Below are positions 16,736-25,362 of a stretch of DNA of 49,900 nucleotides, one piece after another. Under the pieces are notes generated by a model that was given only the letters and a program-made list of their open reading frames with translations, did not search any database and was not told the origin of the DNA. The translations under genes were made by a program, and so were the position numbers. This DNA is from Candidatus Aminicenantes bacterium (GTDB lineage: Bacteria > Acidobacteriota > Aminicenantia > Aminicenantales > Saccharicenantaceae). How positions within the stretch are numbered: position 1 is the first letter of the stretch; every line of letters starts with the position of its first letter. The stretch is from positions 1 through 49,900 of the forward strand of contig JBBISK010000001.1 in assembly GCA_037441295.1 (NCBI GenBank), in the 5' to 3' direction.

Positions 16736-17698
16736 CTAGGAATTCGGCCCGGAAATATCAACCGGATTCTCGACCGCCGGCCGCCGCTCGAAGAACCGGT
16801 AGCCGGAGCGCGTCAGGTAGACGCCGGCGAGGACGACGGCCGCCCCTGCCGCTTCGGCGCTCGTCAGGCGCTCGCCGAGGAAGAGGCCGGCGAAGACGAC
16901 GGCGAAGATGGGCGTCAGGTTGCTGTAGACCCCCGTCTTGGCGCTGCCGACCTTGCGGACCGAATCGTACCAGATGAAAAAGCAGAGGGTGATGGAAATG
17001 AGGCCGCAATAAGCGATCGCCCCCCATTCCGCCAGGGAGACTCGCTGCCAGGCGACGGCGGCCGCGTCCCGGGCGGCGAACGGGAGGTAAAGGGCGGTCC
17101 CGGCGGCCGTGCCCAGGGCCGCCAGCCCGAACGGCGAGTTCCGCTCGAGGACGGGCTTGGAGAGGACGGTGTAGACCGCCCAGCAGATGTTGGCCAGGAG
17201 GATGAGGATCGCGCCGCGCATCCCGCTCCAGGTCAGGGCCTGGCCGCCGTGGTCCCCGGCGGCGACGAGGAAGAAGCCGGCGAAGGAGATGAAGATGCCC
17301 AGCCAGCCGGCCCAGGACAGGCGCTCCTGGCCCAGGGCGGTGCTGAGGAGGGCGATGAAGATCGGGCTCGTGGCCATGATGACGGCCGCCGTCGAGGCGT
17401 TGGTCGTGCGGATGGCCTCGATGAAGAAGAGCTGGTAGGCGGTGATGCCCAGCACGCCCAGCCCGACGGCCTTCCACCCGTCGCCCTTGGCCAGGGCGAA
17501 GCGGCGCCGGCCGAAGGCGAAGACGGCGAGGTAGGCGAGCGAGGCGAGGGCCAGCCGGACGGCGTTGAAGACGTGGGGCGCGAGCTCCCGCAGGCCGAAC
17601 TTGACCACCGAAACGTTGACGCCCCAGAAGAGGACGGTCATGAGCATAAGGAGGTCCGTCCCCCCGATGCGGGAACCGTTCGTCAGCTTTGGCATCAA
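16736..17698 (-). CDS. EamA/DMT-family transporter
   Basis: 320 aa with ten hydrophobic segments arranged as two EamA-like halves. Confidence 0.8.
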   Translation of the reverse strand: MMPKLTNGSRIGGTDLLMLMTVLFWGVNVSVVKFGLRELAPHVFNAVRLALASLAYLAVFAFGRRRFALAKGDGWKAVGLGVLGITAYQLFFIEAIRTTNASTAAVIMATSPIFIALLSTALGQERLSWAGWLGIFISFAGFFLVAAGDHGGQALTWSGMRGAILILLANICWAVYTVLSKPVLERNSPFGLAALGTAAGTALYLPFAARDAAAVAWQRVSLAEWGAIAYCGLISITLCFFIWYDSVRKVGSAKTGVYSNLTPIFAVVFAGLFLGERLTSAEAAGAAVVLAGVYLTRSGYRFFERRPAVENPVDISGPNS

Positions 17699-17778
17699 CT
17701 TACTCCGTTAACCAAATGGGGACATAACATTTCGTTCCCATTCTGCTTCAAATCAGGGACAGAGTGTTGTGTCCCCAC

Positions 17779-18168
17779 TCAGGAAGGCCGGCGTCTGGAC
17801 CGCGGGTGGCGGGCCTCGATGACGGACCGCATGCCGCCCCGGGCGTTGAACTCGCCGGTGACGACGGCTGTCTTAGGCCGGCAGGCCCGGACGATGTCCT
17901 CGAGGAACCGGTTGACGACGTTCTCGTAGAAGATGCCCAGGTTCCTGTACGCCAGGACGTACTCCTTCAGGGACTTGAGCTCGAGGACCTTCGCCCCGGG
18001 GACGTAGCGGATGATGATCGTGCCGAAGTCCGGCAGGCCCGTCTTGGGGCAGACCGAGGTGAACTCCGGGATCTCGATGGTGATCTCATAGTCCGGGAAC
18101 TGGTTGGCGAACGTCTCCAGGCGGGGGAGCCTGGCCTTCAGGCCGGCTCTCGCCTCTTTGTCCGTCAT
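17779..18168 (-). CDS. queF: NADPH-dependent 7-cyano-7-deazaguanine (preQ0) reductase, unimodular type
   Basis: Motifs are EFTSVCPKTGLPDF (catalytic Cys) and ELKSLKEYV (QueF motif). The start could also be 18177 or 18189 (MRHAMARMTD). The longer 239-aa ORF extension has no protein-like character. Confidence 0.88.
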   Translation of the reverse strand: MTDKEARAGLKARLPRLETFANQFPDYEITIEIPEFTSVCPKTGLPDFGTIIIRYVPGAKVLELKSLKEYVLAYRNLGIFYENVVNRFLEDIVRACRPKTAVVTGEFNARGGMRSVIEARHPRSRRRPS

Positions 18169-18552
18169 GCGTGCCATGGCGTGCCTCATTACTACGGGGA
18201 GCAGTAAATATATCACATAATCCTTACTGCTTCCCAAGTACGAGCCGGGCGACAGAGAGATCTGAAGACAACTATTTTCTGCCCGGCTTATTAACTCGTT
18301 GAGTTCCCGTATGATACACGAAAGCTGCTCGGCGCGCAATGGTCCCTCCTCCACACGGGTCCTGGCCCAACGTGCCACCAAGCGCAGCTGGCGCCAAGGC
18401 CATCCGAAAGACCCCGTTTGGAAGGGGACCCGTGCAGGTTCCCGGGGCCGGGGGATAAGGATGGCCTTGGCGCCGGCTGCGCACCACGCGTGCGCCAAGA
18501 GAGGAGCCCTCCACTCCGGATAGCCCCTCTTTCAAGGGCCGGCGGACTCCCT

Positions 18553-18558
18553 TATAAT
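18553..18558 (+). promoter_or_regulatory. Candidate -10 box (TATAAT) for the small Cys-rich protein / radical SAM pair
   Basis: TATAAT at 18553-18558, with a weak -35 (TTTCAA, 18530-18535) at 17-nt spacing. The GGGAGAGGG RBS and the ATG at 18590 follow. Confidence 0.4.
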
Positions 18559-18589
18559 AAGGATAACTTCCTTAATAGGGAGAGGGCTC

Positions 18590-18793
18590 ATGAGCGAATG
18601 CCGCAGCAAGAAGAACCTGGAGCGCTGCAACTGCAGCTGGGAGCCCTGCAGTCGGAAGGGGCTCTGTTGCGAGTGCCTGGCCTACCATTGGAGCCACAAG
18701 GAGCTGCCGGCCTGCCTCTTCCCGGACGCGGTCGAGAAGACCTACGACCGCTCCCTGCGGATGTTCCTCCAGACCTACAAGGACAGGGCCTGA
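18590..18793 (+). CDS. Small cysteine-rich protein of unknown function (67 aa, 8 Cys)
   Basis: Sequence [45 protein letters not shown], with a strong RBS. I believe this matches a conserved small DUF family but cannot verify that. The stop overlaps the next start (TGATG). Confidence 0.7.
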   Translation: MSECRSKKNLERCNCSWEPCSRKGLCCECLAYHWSHKELPACLFPDAVEKTYDRSLRMFLQTYKDRA

Positions 18794-19755
18794 TGGGCGG
18801 AGCTCCGAAGGCCCGCCGGCGGGCGGCCGCCCCGCGCCGCTTCGTCTACGGGCCCGTCCCCTCGCGCCGCCTCGGCTTCTCCCTGGGCGTCGACATCCTG
18901 CCCTTCAAGACCTGCAGCCTCGACTGCGTCTATTGCCAGCTCGGTCCGACCGGCCGGACGACAACCCGCCGCCGGCCCTATTTCAGCGTCCGGGAGGTCT
19001 TGGCCCATGTCCGCGAGGCCCTCCGCTCCGGCCGCCGGGTCGACCACGTCACCTTCTCGGGCTCCGGGGAGCCGACGCTCAACAGGAACCTGGGCCGCCT
19101 CATCCGCGGCATCAAGAGAATGACCGGCGTCCCCGTCGCCGTCCTGACCAATGGAACGCTCCTCGGCCGGAAGGACGTCCGGGCCGACCTCATGGCCGCG
19201 GACATCGTCGTGCCTTCCCTCGACGCGGCCACGGCGCCGCTCTTCCGCGCCGTCAACCGCCCCCACGCCTCGCTCGACGCCGCCCGCATGATCGACGGCC
19301 TGGCCCGCTTCCGCACGGAGTTCCCCGGCGAGATCTGGCTCGAGGTCATGCTGGTCAAGGGGGTCAACGATTCCCCGGCCCATATCCGGGCCCTGAAGAG
19401 GGCGGTCGCGGCCATCCGGCCCGACCGCGTCCAGCTCAACACTGTCGTCCGCCCTCCGGCCGAAGCCTCGGCCGGTCCGCTCTCGGCGCGGGAGCTCGGG
19501 AGGATCGCCCGGGCCCTCGGCGGCGGGGCCGAGGTCGTGGCCGACTTCGGGCCCCGGCTGGCTCGCGGCCGGACTGTCGCCTCCGAGGAGGCCATCCTGG
19601 CCATGGTCAGGCGCAGGCCGGTGACTTCGGAGGACATCGCCGCGTCGCTCGCCGCCCATCGCGACGAGGTCCTCAAGACCGTCGCCCATCTCCTGGCCGC
19701 GGGCAGGGTCCGCGGCGTCCGCCACGGCCGGAAGACCTTCTACGAGCCGGCCTGA
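18793..19755 (+). CDS. Radical SAM protein (COG0731-like) with C-terminal winged-helix-like tail
   Basis: Internal start [10 protein letters not shown]. Motifs are YGPVPSRRLGFSLGVDILPFKTCSLDCVYCQ (CxxxCxxC) and FSGSGEPTL. The upstream part of ORF 18418..19755 lies out of frame across the small gene. Confidence 0.8.
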   Translation: MGGAPKARRRAAAPRRFVYGPVPSRRLGFSLGVDILPFKTCSLDCVYCQLGPTGRTTTRRRPYFSVREVLAHVREALRSGRRVDHVTFSGSGEPTLNRNLGRLIRGIKRMTGVPVAVLTNGTLLGRKDVRADLMAADIVVPSLDAATAPLFRAVNRPHASLDAARMIDGLARFRTEFPGEIWLEVMLVKGVNDSPAHIRALKRAVAAIRPDRVQLNTVVRPPAEASAGPLSARELGRIARALGGGAEVVADFGPRLARGRTVASEEAILAMVRRRPVTSEDIAASLAAHRDEVLKTVAHLLAAGRVRGVRHGRKTFYEPA

Positions 19756-19956
19756 CCCCGATAAGGTGGCGGGCCGCCGGGCTTTACTTCCGCCGGGCCG
19801 TGTGATAGCATTTTTATTTGAACGGGTCCCGGACCAAAACCACAAAGCATCGAAGAGGTCGTGCTTTCTTCATCCGTGACATGATCCCCGGCAGGGCCCG
19901 GCGGCATCCCCGCGCCCGGACTTTCTCCATCCCCCATCCTTGTCAAGGAGACGCCC

Positions 19957-20922
19957 ATGTTCGCTAACACCCATTTCCCCAAGGCCGGCAAGTACTGGTA
20001 CAACGGGAAATTCCACGACTGGTCCGAGGGCGCCTGCCACCCGATGATGCACGCCCTCCATTACGGGACTTCGGTCTTCGAGGGCATCCGCGCCTATGCC
20101 ACGGCCAAGGGCCCGGCCGTCTTCCGCCTCCCCGAGCACATCGACCGCTTCCTCGTCTCGGCCTCGGTCGCCAAGATGACCTCCCCCTACGCGAGGGACG
20201 AGATCATCCGCCACGTCAAGGCCACGGTCCGGGAGAACCGCCTCGAGAGCTGCTATATCCGTCCCCTGCTCTTCTACTCCTACGGGAACCTGGGTCTCGT
20301 GCCCAAGGCCTGCCCGGTCGAGCTCGTCATCGGCGCCTGGGAGTGGGCCGCCTACCTCGGCGAGAAGGCCGACCTCGGCACGAGCGTCTACATCGGGCCC
20401 TGGCGGCGCATCCACCACACCCAGATCAACATGGCCGCAAAGCTCGGCGGCATCTACGTCCAGTCGACGATCAACGGGCTCGAGGCCCGGGCCCAGGGCT
20501 GCGACGAGGCCGTCTTCCTGAACATGGAAGGCCGCATCGCCGAGGGGCCCGGCGAGAACGTCTTCCTGGTCAAGGGCCGGACCCTCTTTACCAACGGCCG
20601 GCAAGAATCGGTGCTCGAGGGCATCACCCGCACGAGCCTCCTCGAGATCGCCCGCGACGCCGGGTACAAGACAGCCATCGGCCCGATGACCAAGGCCGAC
20701 TTCTTCGGCGCCGACGAGGCCTTCTTCAGCGGCACCGCGGTCGAGATCATCCCCATCGTCAAGGCCGTCGACGACTCGACGCCCGGCGGCTCCCGCTCCG
20801 AGCACGTCATCGGCAGCGGCAAGACGGGCCCCGTGACGCGGGCGCTGGTCAAGGCCTTCCGCGAGGCCGTGACCGGGAAAGCGCCCCGCTACGCGAAGTG
20901 GCTGACGCTCGTCAATGATTGA
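19957..20922 (+). CDS. ilvE: Branched-chain amino acid aminotransferase (class IV)
   Basis: Motifs are GTSVFEGIRAY, KLGGIYVQS and EGPGENVFLVK. Length is 321 aa. Confidence 0.9.
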   Translation: MFANTHFPKAGKYWYNGKFHDWSEGACHPMMHALHYGTSVFEGIRAYATAKGPAVFRLPEHIDRFLVSASVAKMTSPYARDEIIRHVKATVRENRLESCYIRPLLFYSYGNLGLVPKACPVELVIGAWEWAAYLGEKADLGTSVYIGPWRRIHHTQINMAAKLGGIYVQSTINGLEARAQGCDEAVFLNMEGRIAEGPGENVFLVKGRTLFTNGRQESVLEGITRTSLLEIARDAGYKTAIGPMTKADFFGADEAFFSGTAVEIIPIVKAVDDSTPGGSRSEHVIGSGKTGPVTRALVKAFREAVTGKAPRYAKWLTLVND

Positions 20923-21016
20923 GCCGGGATGAGGCCGGACCCGGCCCGCCCCCGGCGTCCCGCCCGATGGACTCCCTCGCGCCGTTTCTGCTATAGTTCG
21001 GCTGAAGGAAACGACC

Positions 21017-23107
21017 ATGCGACATGAGCCATCTCTCCCCGCTTTCGCGCCGCGGCGCCTCGCCCGCCCCGTCCTGGCCCTCCTCGTCCTGGCCCTCGTG
21101 GCCGGGCCCGGGCTCTCCGGGCAGGACATGCTGAGCAAGCTCGGCGAGAAGCAGAACTACCGGAGCAAGAGGATCTCGTCCTACGACCGCACCGGGGGCA
21201 ACCGGGACTCGATCCCGATCGAACCCGGCAAGACCGCGGTCCTGGCCGAGATCAAGGGCCCGGCGGCCATCCACCACATCTGGATGACGATCGCCGGCGA
21301 AGCCTTCTACGGCCGCAAGGTCGTCCTCCGCGTCTACTGGGACGGCGAGGACTCTCCGTCGGTCGAAGCCCCGGTCGGCGACTTCTTCGGCGTCGGGCAC
21401 GGCCTCAATCGGAATCTCACCTCCCTGCCCATCGCCTGCTCGTCGGAGGGCCGGGCCCGCAACTGCTACTGGTACATGCCCTTCCGCTGGTCCTGCCGGG
21501 TTACCGTGACGAACGAGGGCACGAGGCCCGTCGACGCGTTCTACTACTACATCGACTACCGCGAGCTCGACGGCCTGCGGCCCGACGCGCCCTACTTCCA
21601 CTCCCAGTACCGGCAGGAGTTCCCCGCGACGGGTGACAAGAACTACGTCGTCCTCGACGCGGCCGGCGCCGGCCACTACGTCGGCTGCGCCCTCAGCATC
21701 CTGCAGCGGACCGCGGACTGGTGGGGCGAGGGCGACGACATGATCTACGTCGACGGCGAGACGTCCCCGTCGCTCCACGGCACGGGGTCGGAGGATTATT
21801 TCTCCGACGCCTGGGGCATGCGCCAGGACCAGCATCCCTTCTACGGCTGCCCCCTCCAGGAGGAGGATTTCCAGCCGGGCTCAAAGGCCACCGTCTACCG
21901 CTTCCATATCCCGGACCCCATTCCCTTCAAGAAGTCCATCCGGGTGACGATCGAGCACGGCCACGCGAACGACCGCTCGGACTACGATTCCTCGGTTGCT
22001 TACTGGTATCAGACGGAGCCGCACGTCCCCTTTCCGGCCCTGCCACCGGCCGACAAGCGCCTGCCCTATGCCCTGGAATCCCCGGAGAACTTCATCTTCC
22101 CGAAATGGGAGACGGCCAAGGCCGACGGCCCGGCCGTCGTCGAGGACCGCACCGCCGGGCTCCGTTTCACGGCACCCCGGCTGACGACTTCCCTGACCTC
22201 CTATTACGAGGCGTCCGGAGCGCGCTATCCGCTCGTCCGGACGGAGGGGGCGGCGGCCGCGACACAGGCCGAGCTCCGTTTCCCGGTGGACACGCCCGAC
22301 CTCTACTCGGTCAACCTCTATTTCCTCAAGACGCCGGCGTCCGGCAATTTCCACATCCTGCGGAAACGGCCGACGCCCGAGAATCCCGAGGGGGCCTTCG
22401 AGGCCCTGGGCACCTTCGAGGGGTACGCCCGGGAGGGGCAGCTCGTCGCCATGACGCTCAAGGACGTCCTGCTCGAGGCCGGGCCGAACGCCCTCGTCCT
22501 TGAGGCCGCGGGCAAGGACGAGAAAGCGGCGGGCATGGAGGTCGCCTTCGTCGGGCTGAGCCTCAGCCCCTCGGCCCGCCGCTTCATCCCGGAGTGGAAC
22601 CTCATCGGGCCCTTCCCGGCCGCCGACATGAACGACCTCCTGACCGTCTTCCCTCCGGAGAAGGAGACCGACCCGGGGAAGAGGTACAAGGGCAAGAACG
22701 ATGTCGAGGTCGGCTGGCGGACCATCCAGGCCGAGGCGGGCGGCTACATCCGGCTCGACGCGGCCGTGCAGCCGAACGAGCAGGCGGTCGCCTACGGGCT
22801 CGTCTACGTCCTCTCGCCCGACGACCGGACGGCGACCGTCCTCCTCGGCAGCGACGACGGCGTCCGCGTCTGGGTCAATGATGCCCTCGTCCACACGAAC
22901 CCCATCTACCGGGGCGCGGCGCCCGACCAGGACCGCTTCACCGTCGGCCTCAAGAAGGGCTGGAACAAGGTCCTGGTCAAGGTCCTGCAGGGCGGCGGCG
23001 GATGGGGGTTCTATTTCCGCTTCTCGGACCCCAAGGGCGAGCTCCGCTGGAACTTGAAGCCGGAGGAGGCAAAGAAGCCGGACGACGTCCGCCCCTTTCT
23101 TAACTGA
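21017..23107 (+). CDS. Secreted DUF2961 (GH172-like) protein with C-terminal beta-sandwich domain
   Basis: Has a signal-like N-terminus. SSYDRTGGNRDSIPIEPG...IHHIWMTI is typical of DUF2961 as I recall. The C-terminal block is WNKVLVKVLQGGGGWGFYFRF. Confidence 0.7.
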   Translation: MRHEPSLPAFAPRRLARPVLALLVLALVAGPGLSGQDMLSKLGEKQNYRSKRISSYDRTGGNRDSIPIEPGKTAVLAEIKGPAAIHHIWMTIAGEAFYGRKVVLRVYWDGEDSPSVEAPVGDFFGVGHGLNRNLTSLPIACSSEGRARNCYWYMPFRWSCRVTVTNEGTRPVDAFYYYIDYRELDGLRPDAPYFHSQYRQEFPATGDKNYVVLDAAGAGHYVGCALSILQRTADWWGEGDDMIYVDGETSPSLHGTGSEDYFSDAWGMRQDQHPFYGCPLQEEDFQPGSKATVYRFHIPDPIPFKKSIRVTIEHGHANDRSDYDSSVAYWYQTEPHVPFPALPPADKRLPYALESPENFIFPKWETAKADGPAVVEDRTAGLRFTAPRLTTSLTSYYEASGARYPLVRTEGAAAATQAELRFPVDTPDLYSVNLYFLKTPASGNFHILRKRPTPENPEGAFEALGTFEGYAREGQLVAMTLKDVLLEAGPNALVLEAAGKDEKAAGMEVAFVGLSLSPSARRFIPEWNLIGPFPAADMNDLLTVFPPEKETDPGKRYKGKNDVEVGWRTIQAEAGGYIRLDAAVQPNEQAVAYGLVYVLSPDDRTATVLLGSDDGVRVWVNDALVHTNPIYRGAAPDQDRFTVGLKKGWNKVLVKVLQGGGGWGFYFRFSDPKGELRWNLKPEEAKKPDDVRPFLN

Positions 23108-24509
23108 GGAGGCCGGCGGCGGCCACGCGGATGATCTCCCAGGCCTGCCGGACGTGCCGCTCCTCCGTCGTTCGCTGACCCACGACCAGCCGGATGGTGA
23201 ACTTCCCCTTGAGAGAGGTGTGCGTCAGGAAGACGGGACCGGCGGCGTTGACCTTCTCGAGAAGCTCGCGGTTCAGCGCGTCGAGCCCGGCCTCGTCCCG
23301 GCCGTCGTTTAGCCGGAAGCAGACGAGGCTCAACTCGACGGGGGCGAGGAGTTCGAAGCGCCGGTCGGCCTCGAGCCAGCCCTTGAACAGGCCGGCCAGC
23401 CGGAGGTGCTCGCGGACCATGGCCTGCAGGCCCTCGACGCCGTAGGAGCGGACGACGAACCACAGCTTGAGGGCCCGGAAGCGGCGGCCGAGCTGGATGC
23501 CCCAATCGCGGAAGTTCCTGACCTCGGCGCCGGCGCCGTCCTTGAGGTACTCCGGATGGATCTCGAAGGTCCGGACGAGCGCGGCCGGGTCGCGGACGAA
23601 ATAGGCCGAGCAGTCGAAGTTCGTCATCATCCACTTATGCGGGTTGAAGACGAACGAATCGGCCTCCGCCGCCCCGTCGAGGATCCAGCGCTTCTCCGGC
23701 AGGAGGGCGGCCGTCCCGGCGTAGGCGGCATCCACGTGGAGCCACAGGCCGTGGGCGCGGCAGACCCGGGCGATCCGGCCGACCGGGTCGATGGCCCCCG
23801 ACGAGGTCGTGCCCACAGTGGCCACGGCGCACGCCGGTCGCAGCCCGGCCGCTTCGTCCCGGCGGACGGCCTCCTCGAGGGCCTCCGGGACCATGGCGAA
23901 ACGGTCGTCGGTCGGGATGAGGCGGAGGTTGCGGCGTCCGAAGCCGGCGATCTTGACGCCCTTCTCGACGCTCGAATGGGCCTCTTCCGAAGCGTAGACG
24001 GTCAGGGTGCGGCAGGGGCCGGCCTCGTTGGCCTCGAAGGCGGTGGCCCTTTCGCGGGCGGAGAGCAGGGCGCAGAGGGTCGCCGTCGAGGCGGTGTCCT
24101 CGATGACCCCGGCGAAGCCTTCGGGCAGGCCGATCATTTGGCGCAGCCAGTCGAGGACGACCTCCTCGAGCTCGGTCGCCGCGGGCGAGGTCTGCCAGAC
24201 CATGCCCTGGGTGCCGAGGCCGGCCGCCAGGAGCTCGCCGAGGACGGAGGCCGGGCTGTTGTTGGCCGGGAAATAGGCGAACCAGCCCGGGTGCTGCCAG
24301 TGGGTGATACCGGGGACAATGACGTCGGTGAAGTCGCGGAAAATCCGGTCCATGGGCTCGGCCGCCGGGGGAGGCGATGACGGCAGGTTCCCCTTGACAT
24401 CCCCGGGCTTAAGGGGCGAGCGGACGGGGTATTTTCCCACTTTTTCGAAATAATCGGCGATCCAGTCGATGAATTCGTGCCCGTAGCGCCTGAAAGCCTC
24501 TTTTTCCAT
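23100..24509 (-). CDS. PLP-dependent aromatic-L-amino-acid/tyrosine decarboxylase family protein
   Basis: Motifs are the group II decarboxylase N-terminus HWQHPGWFAYFP and NPHKW (PLP lysine). Length is 469 aa. Confidence 0.88.
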   Translation of the reverse strand: MEKEAFRRYGHEFIDWIADYFEKVGKYPVRSPLKPGDVKGNLPSSPPPAAEPMDRIFRDFTDVIVPGITHWQHPGWFAYFPANNSPASVLGELLAAGLGTQGMVWQTSPAATELEEVVLDWLRQMIGLPEGFAGVIEDTASTATLCALLSARERATAFEANEAGPCRTLTVYASEEAHSSVEKGVKIAGFGRRNLRLIPTDDRFAMVPEALEEAVRRDEAAGLRPACAVATVGTTSSGAIDPVGRIARVCRAHGLWLHVDAAYAGTAALLPEKRWILDGAAEADSFVFNPHKWMMTNFDCSAYFVRDPAALVRTFEIHPEYLKDGAGAEVRNFRDWGIQLGRRFRALKLWFVVRSYGVEGLQAMVREHLRLAGLFKGWLEADRRFELLAPVELSLVCFRLNDGRDEAGLDALNRELLEKVNAAGPVFLTHTSLKGKFTIRLVVGQRTTEERHVRQAWEIIRVAAAGLLS

Positions 24510-24705
24510 GCCGTTCTCCTCCTTCCGGGCCTCTTTTCACGGACCGGAAGCTTGCCCTCACTATACGTCTTTCCTGGGAAAACCTCAAAAAACGACCCCC
24601 TCGAAGCGCTCGCGGCGAAAATCAGGAGAAAAGGCCTTCTTTCGCCCCTTCCAACGGTCGTCGGCAGGGTCGAAGGGTGATTTATTGGATCTTCCCGAAA
24701 ATCTC

Positions 24706-24735
24706 TTGCTTGACCGGGGCCGTTTGTGGTATAAT
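24706..24735 (+). promoter_or_regulatory. Orphan promoter with extended -10 (TGGTATAAT)
   Basis: TATAAT at 24730-24735 is preceded by TGG, giving an extended -10. -35 candidates are TTGACC (24710-24715, 14-nt spacer) and TTGCTT (24706-24711, 18-nt spacer). No CDS follows. Confidence 0.5.
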
Positions 24736-24741
24736 ATTAGG

Positions 24742-25017
24742 TAGTCGCAAAGGGGAATTCGGAAAGCCCGAAAAAAATCGTCGCGCCCCTGGTCTGTCCG
24801 CCCGCCTGAAAGATCCAGCAGTTTCATGCAACGGCCGTCGTCCGCCCGTCGTTTGATATTCCAGAGTGGTAAGATGACAGCGAGAAACGGCACTGGACGG
24901 GAGATGGGCATCGAATCTTAGCGCCCTCCTATATGTGAGAGTTATCGTATCCACTCCGCCTCATTTCAACCCCCGAGAGGCTGCCCTGACTTGAGACCGA
25001 GGCCAGGGCAGCCTCTC
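24742..25017 (+). ncRNA. Candidate unclassified noncoding RNA (promoter to 14-bp hairpin)
   Basis: There is no credible ORF here; only short, RBS-less or compositionally odd ORFs. GC is lower than in coding DNA and several local stems are visible. The region ends in GAGAGGCTGCCCTG (24975-24988) paired with CAGGGCAGCCTCTC (25004-25017). No match to RNA families I can recall. Confidence 0.3.
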
Positions 25018-25117
25018 CCCCTCCTCACCTTGAAACAAAGAGGGACCTTCCCCCCCGAAGGGGACTGTCCCTCCTAATAATTTTGGTTGTTGGACGGGCC
25101 CTGTCTTTGTTAAAATG

Positions 25118-25262
25118 GCCCCGGGTTTAACCGAAGGGAAGTCCGTGCGATGCGGACACAGCCCCCGCTACTGTAACCGGGGACGAATCCCAGACGGAGC
25201 CACGGCGGCGGCGCCGGAAGGCCTGGGAAGAGGACGATCCGGGAGTCAGGAAACCTTCCTTA
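25118..25262 (+). promoter_or_regulatory. Cobalamin (B12) riboswitch aptamer upstream of btuB-like receptor
   Basis: Consensus blocks are present: GAAGGGAAGTCCGTGCGA, CAGCCCCCGCTACTGTAACCGGGGACGA, the B12-box-like GAGCCACGG, and CCGGAAGGC. A candidate promoter with TGtTAAAAT (25108-25116) precedes it. Confidence 0.85.
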
Positions 25263-25362
25263 AGCCCCGAGCGACCGGTCTTCGGGCGGAAGACAGGGGC
25301 TGTCCTTCATCCCCTCGATCCCCCAGGATAAAAGCAGCGGGGGCGGCTGTGGAGTTCCTGTC

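Noticed and set aside
18272-18535. ORFs 18272..18535 (-) and 18299..18523 (+) in the queF upstream region.
   Set aside because: They are mutually overlapping and span the 16-bp inverted repeat. They have no RBS and no protein-like composition. The region is better explained as structured or regulatory DNA.
18418-18792. N-terminal extensions of several track ORFs: 18418 for the radical SAM gene, 34178 for Gfo/Idh/MocA, 36079 for the HEAT protein, 13058 for queD, 8496-8906 for the GNAT, 8005-8205 for kamA, 18169-18498 for queF, 45551-45814 for the AcsA-like gene, and 2375 and 3450 at the ATGA junctions.
   Set aside because: The extensions overlap upstream genes or intergenic DNA and are compositionally non-protein-like. 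Internal starts with an RBS or ATGA coupling give N-termini that match the families or form proper signal peptides.
19756-19956. A possible leader or attenuator upstream of ilvE (small stems such as AAAGCA...TGCTTT and GGTCC-C-GGACC).
   Set aside because: There are only short stems, with no T-box or leader-peptide features and no clear terminator/antiterminator alternative.
24895-24925. A tRNA-like T-loop (GGGCATCGAATCTTAGCGCCC), and a general scan for tRNA, rRNA and tmRNA.
   Set aside because: No cloverleaf can be built around it, as acceptor and anticodon arms are missing. No other tRNA- or rRNA-like sequence was noticed in the window.
24508-24954. ORFs 24508..24744 (+), 24585..24911 (-) and 24682..24954 (-) in the decarboxylase/btuB intergenic region.
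   Set aside because: They have no RBS, odd composition and no family resemblance, and they overlap the promoter and structured region. They are treated as noncoding (see the ncRNA candidate).
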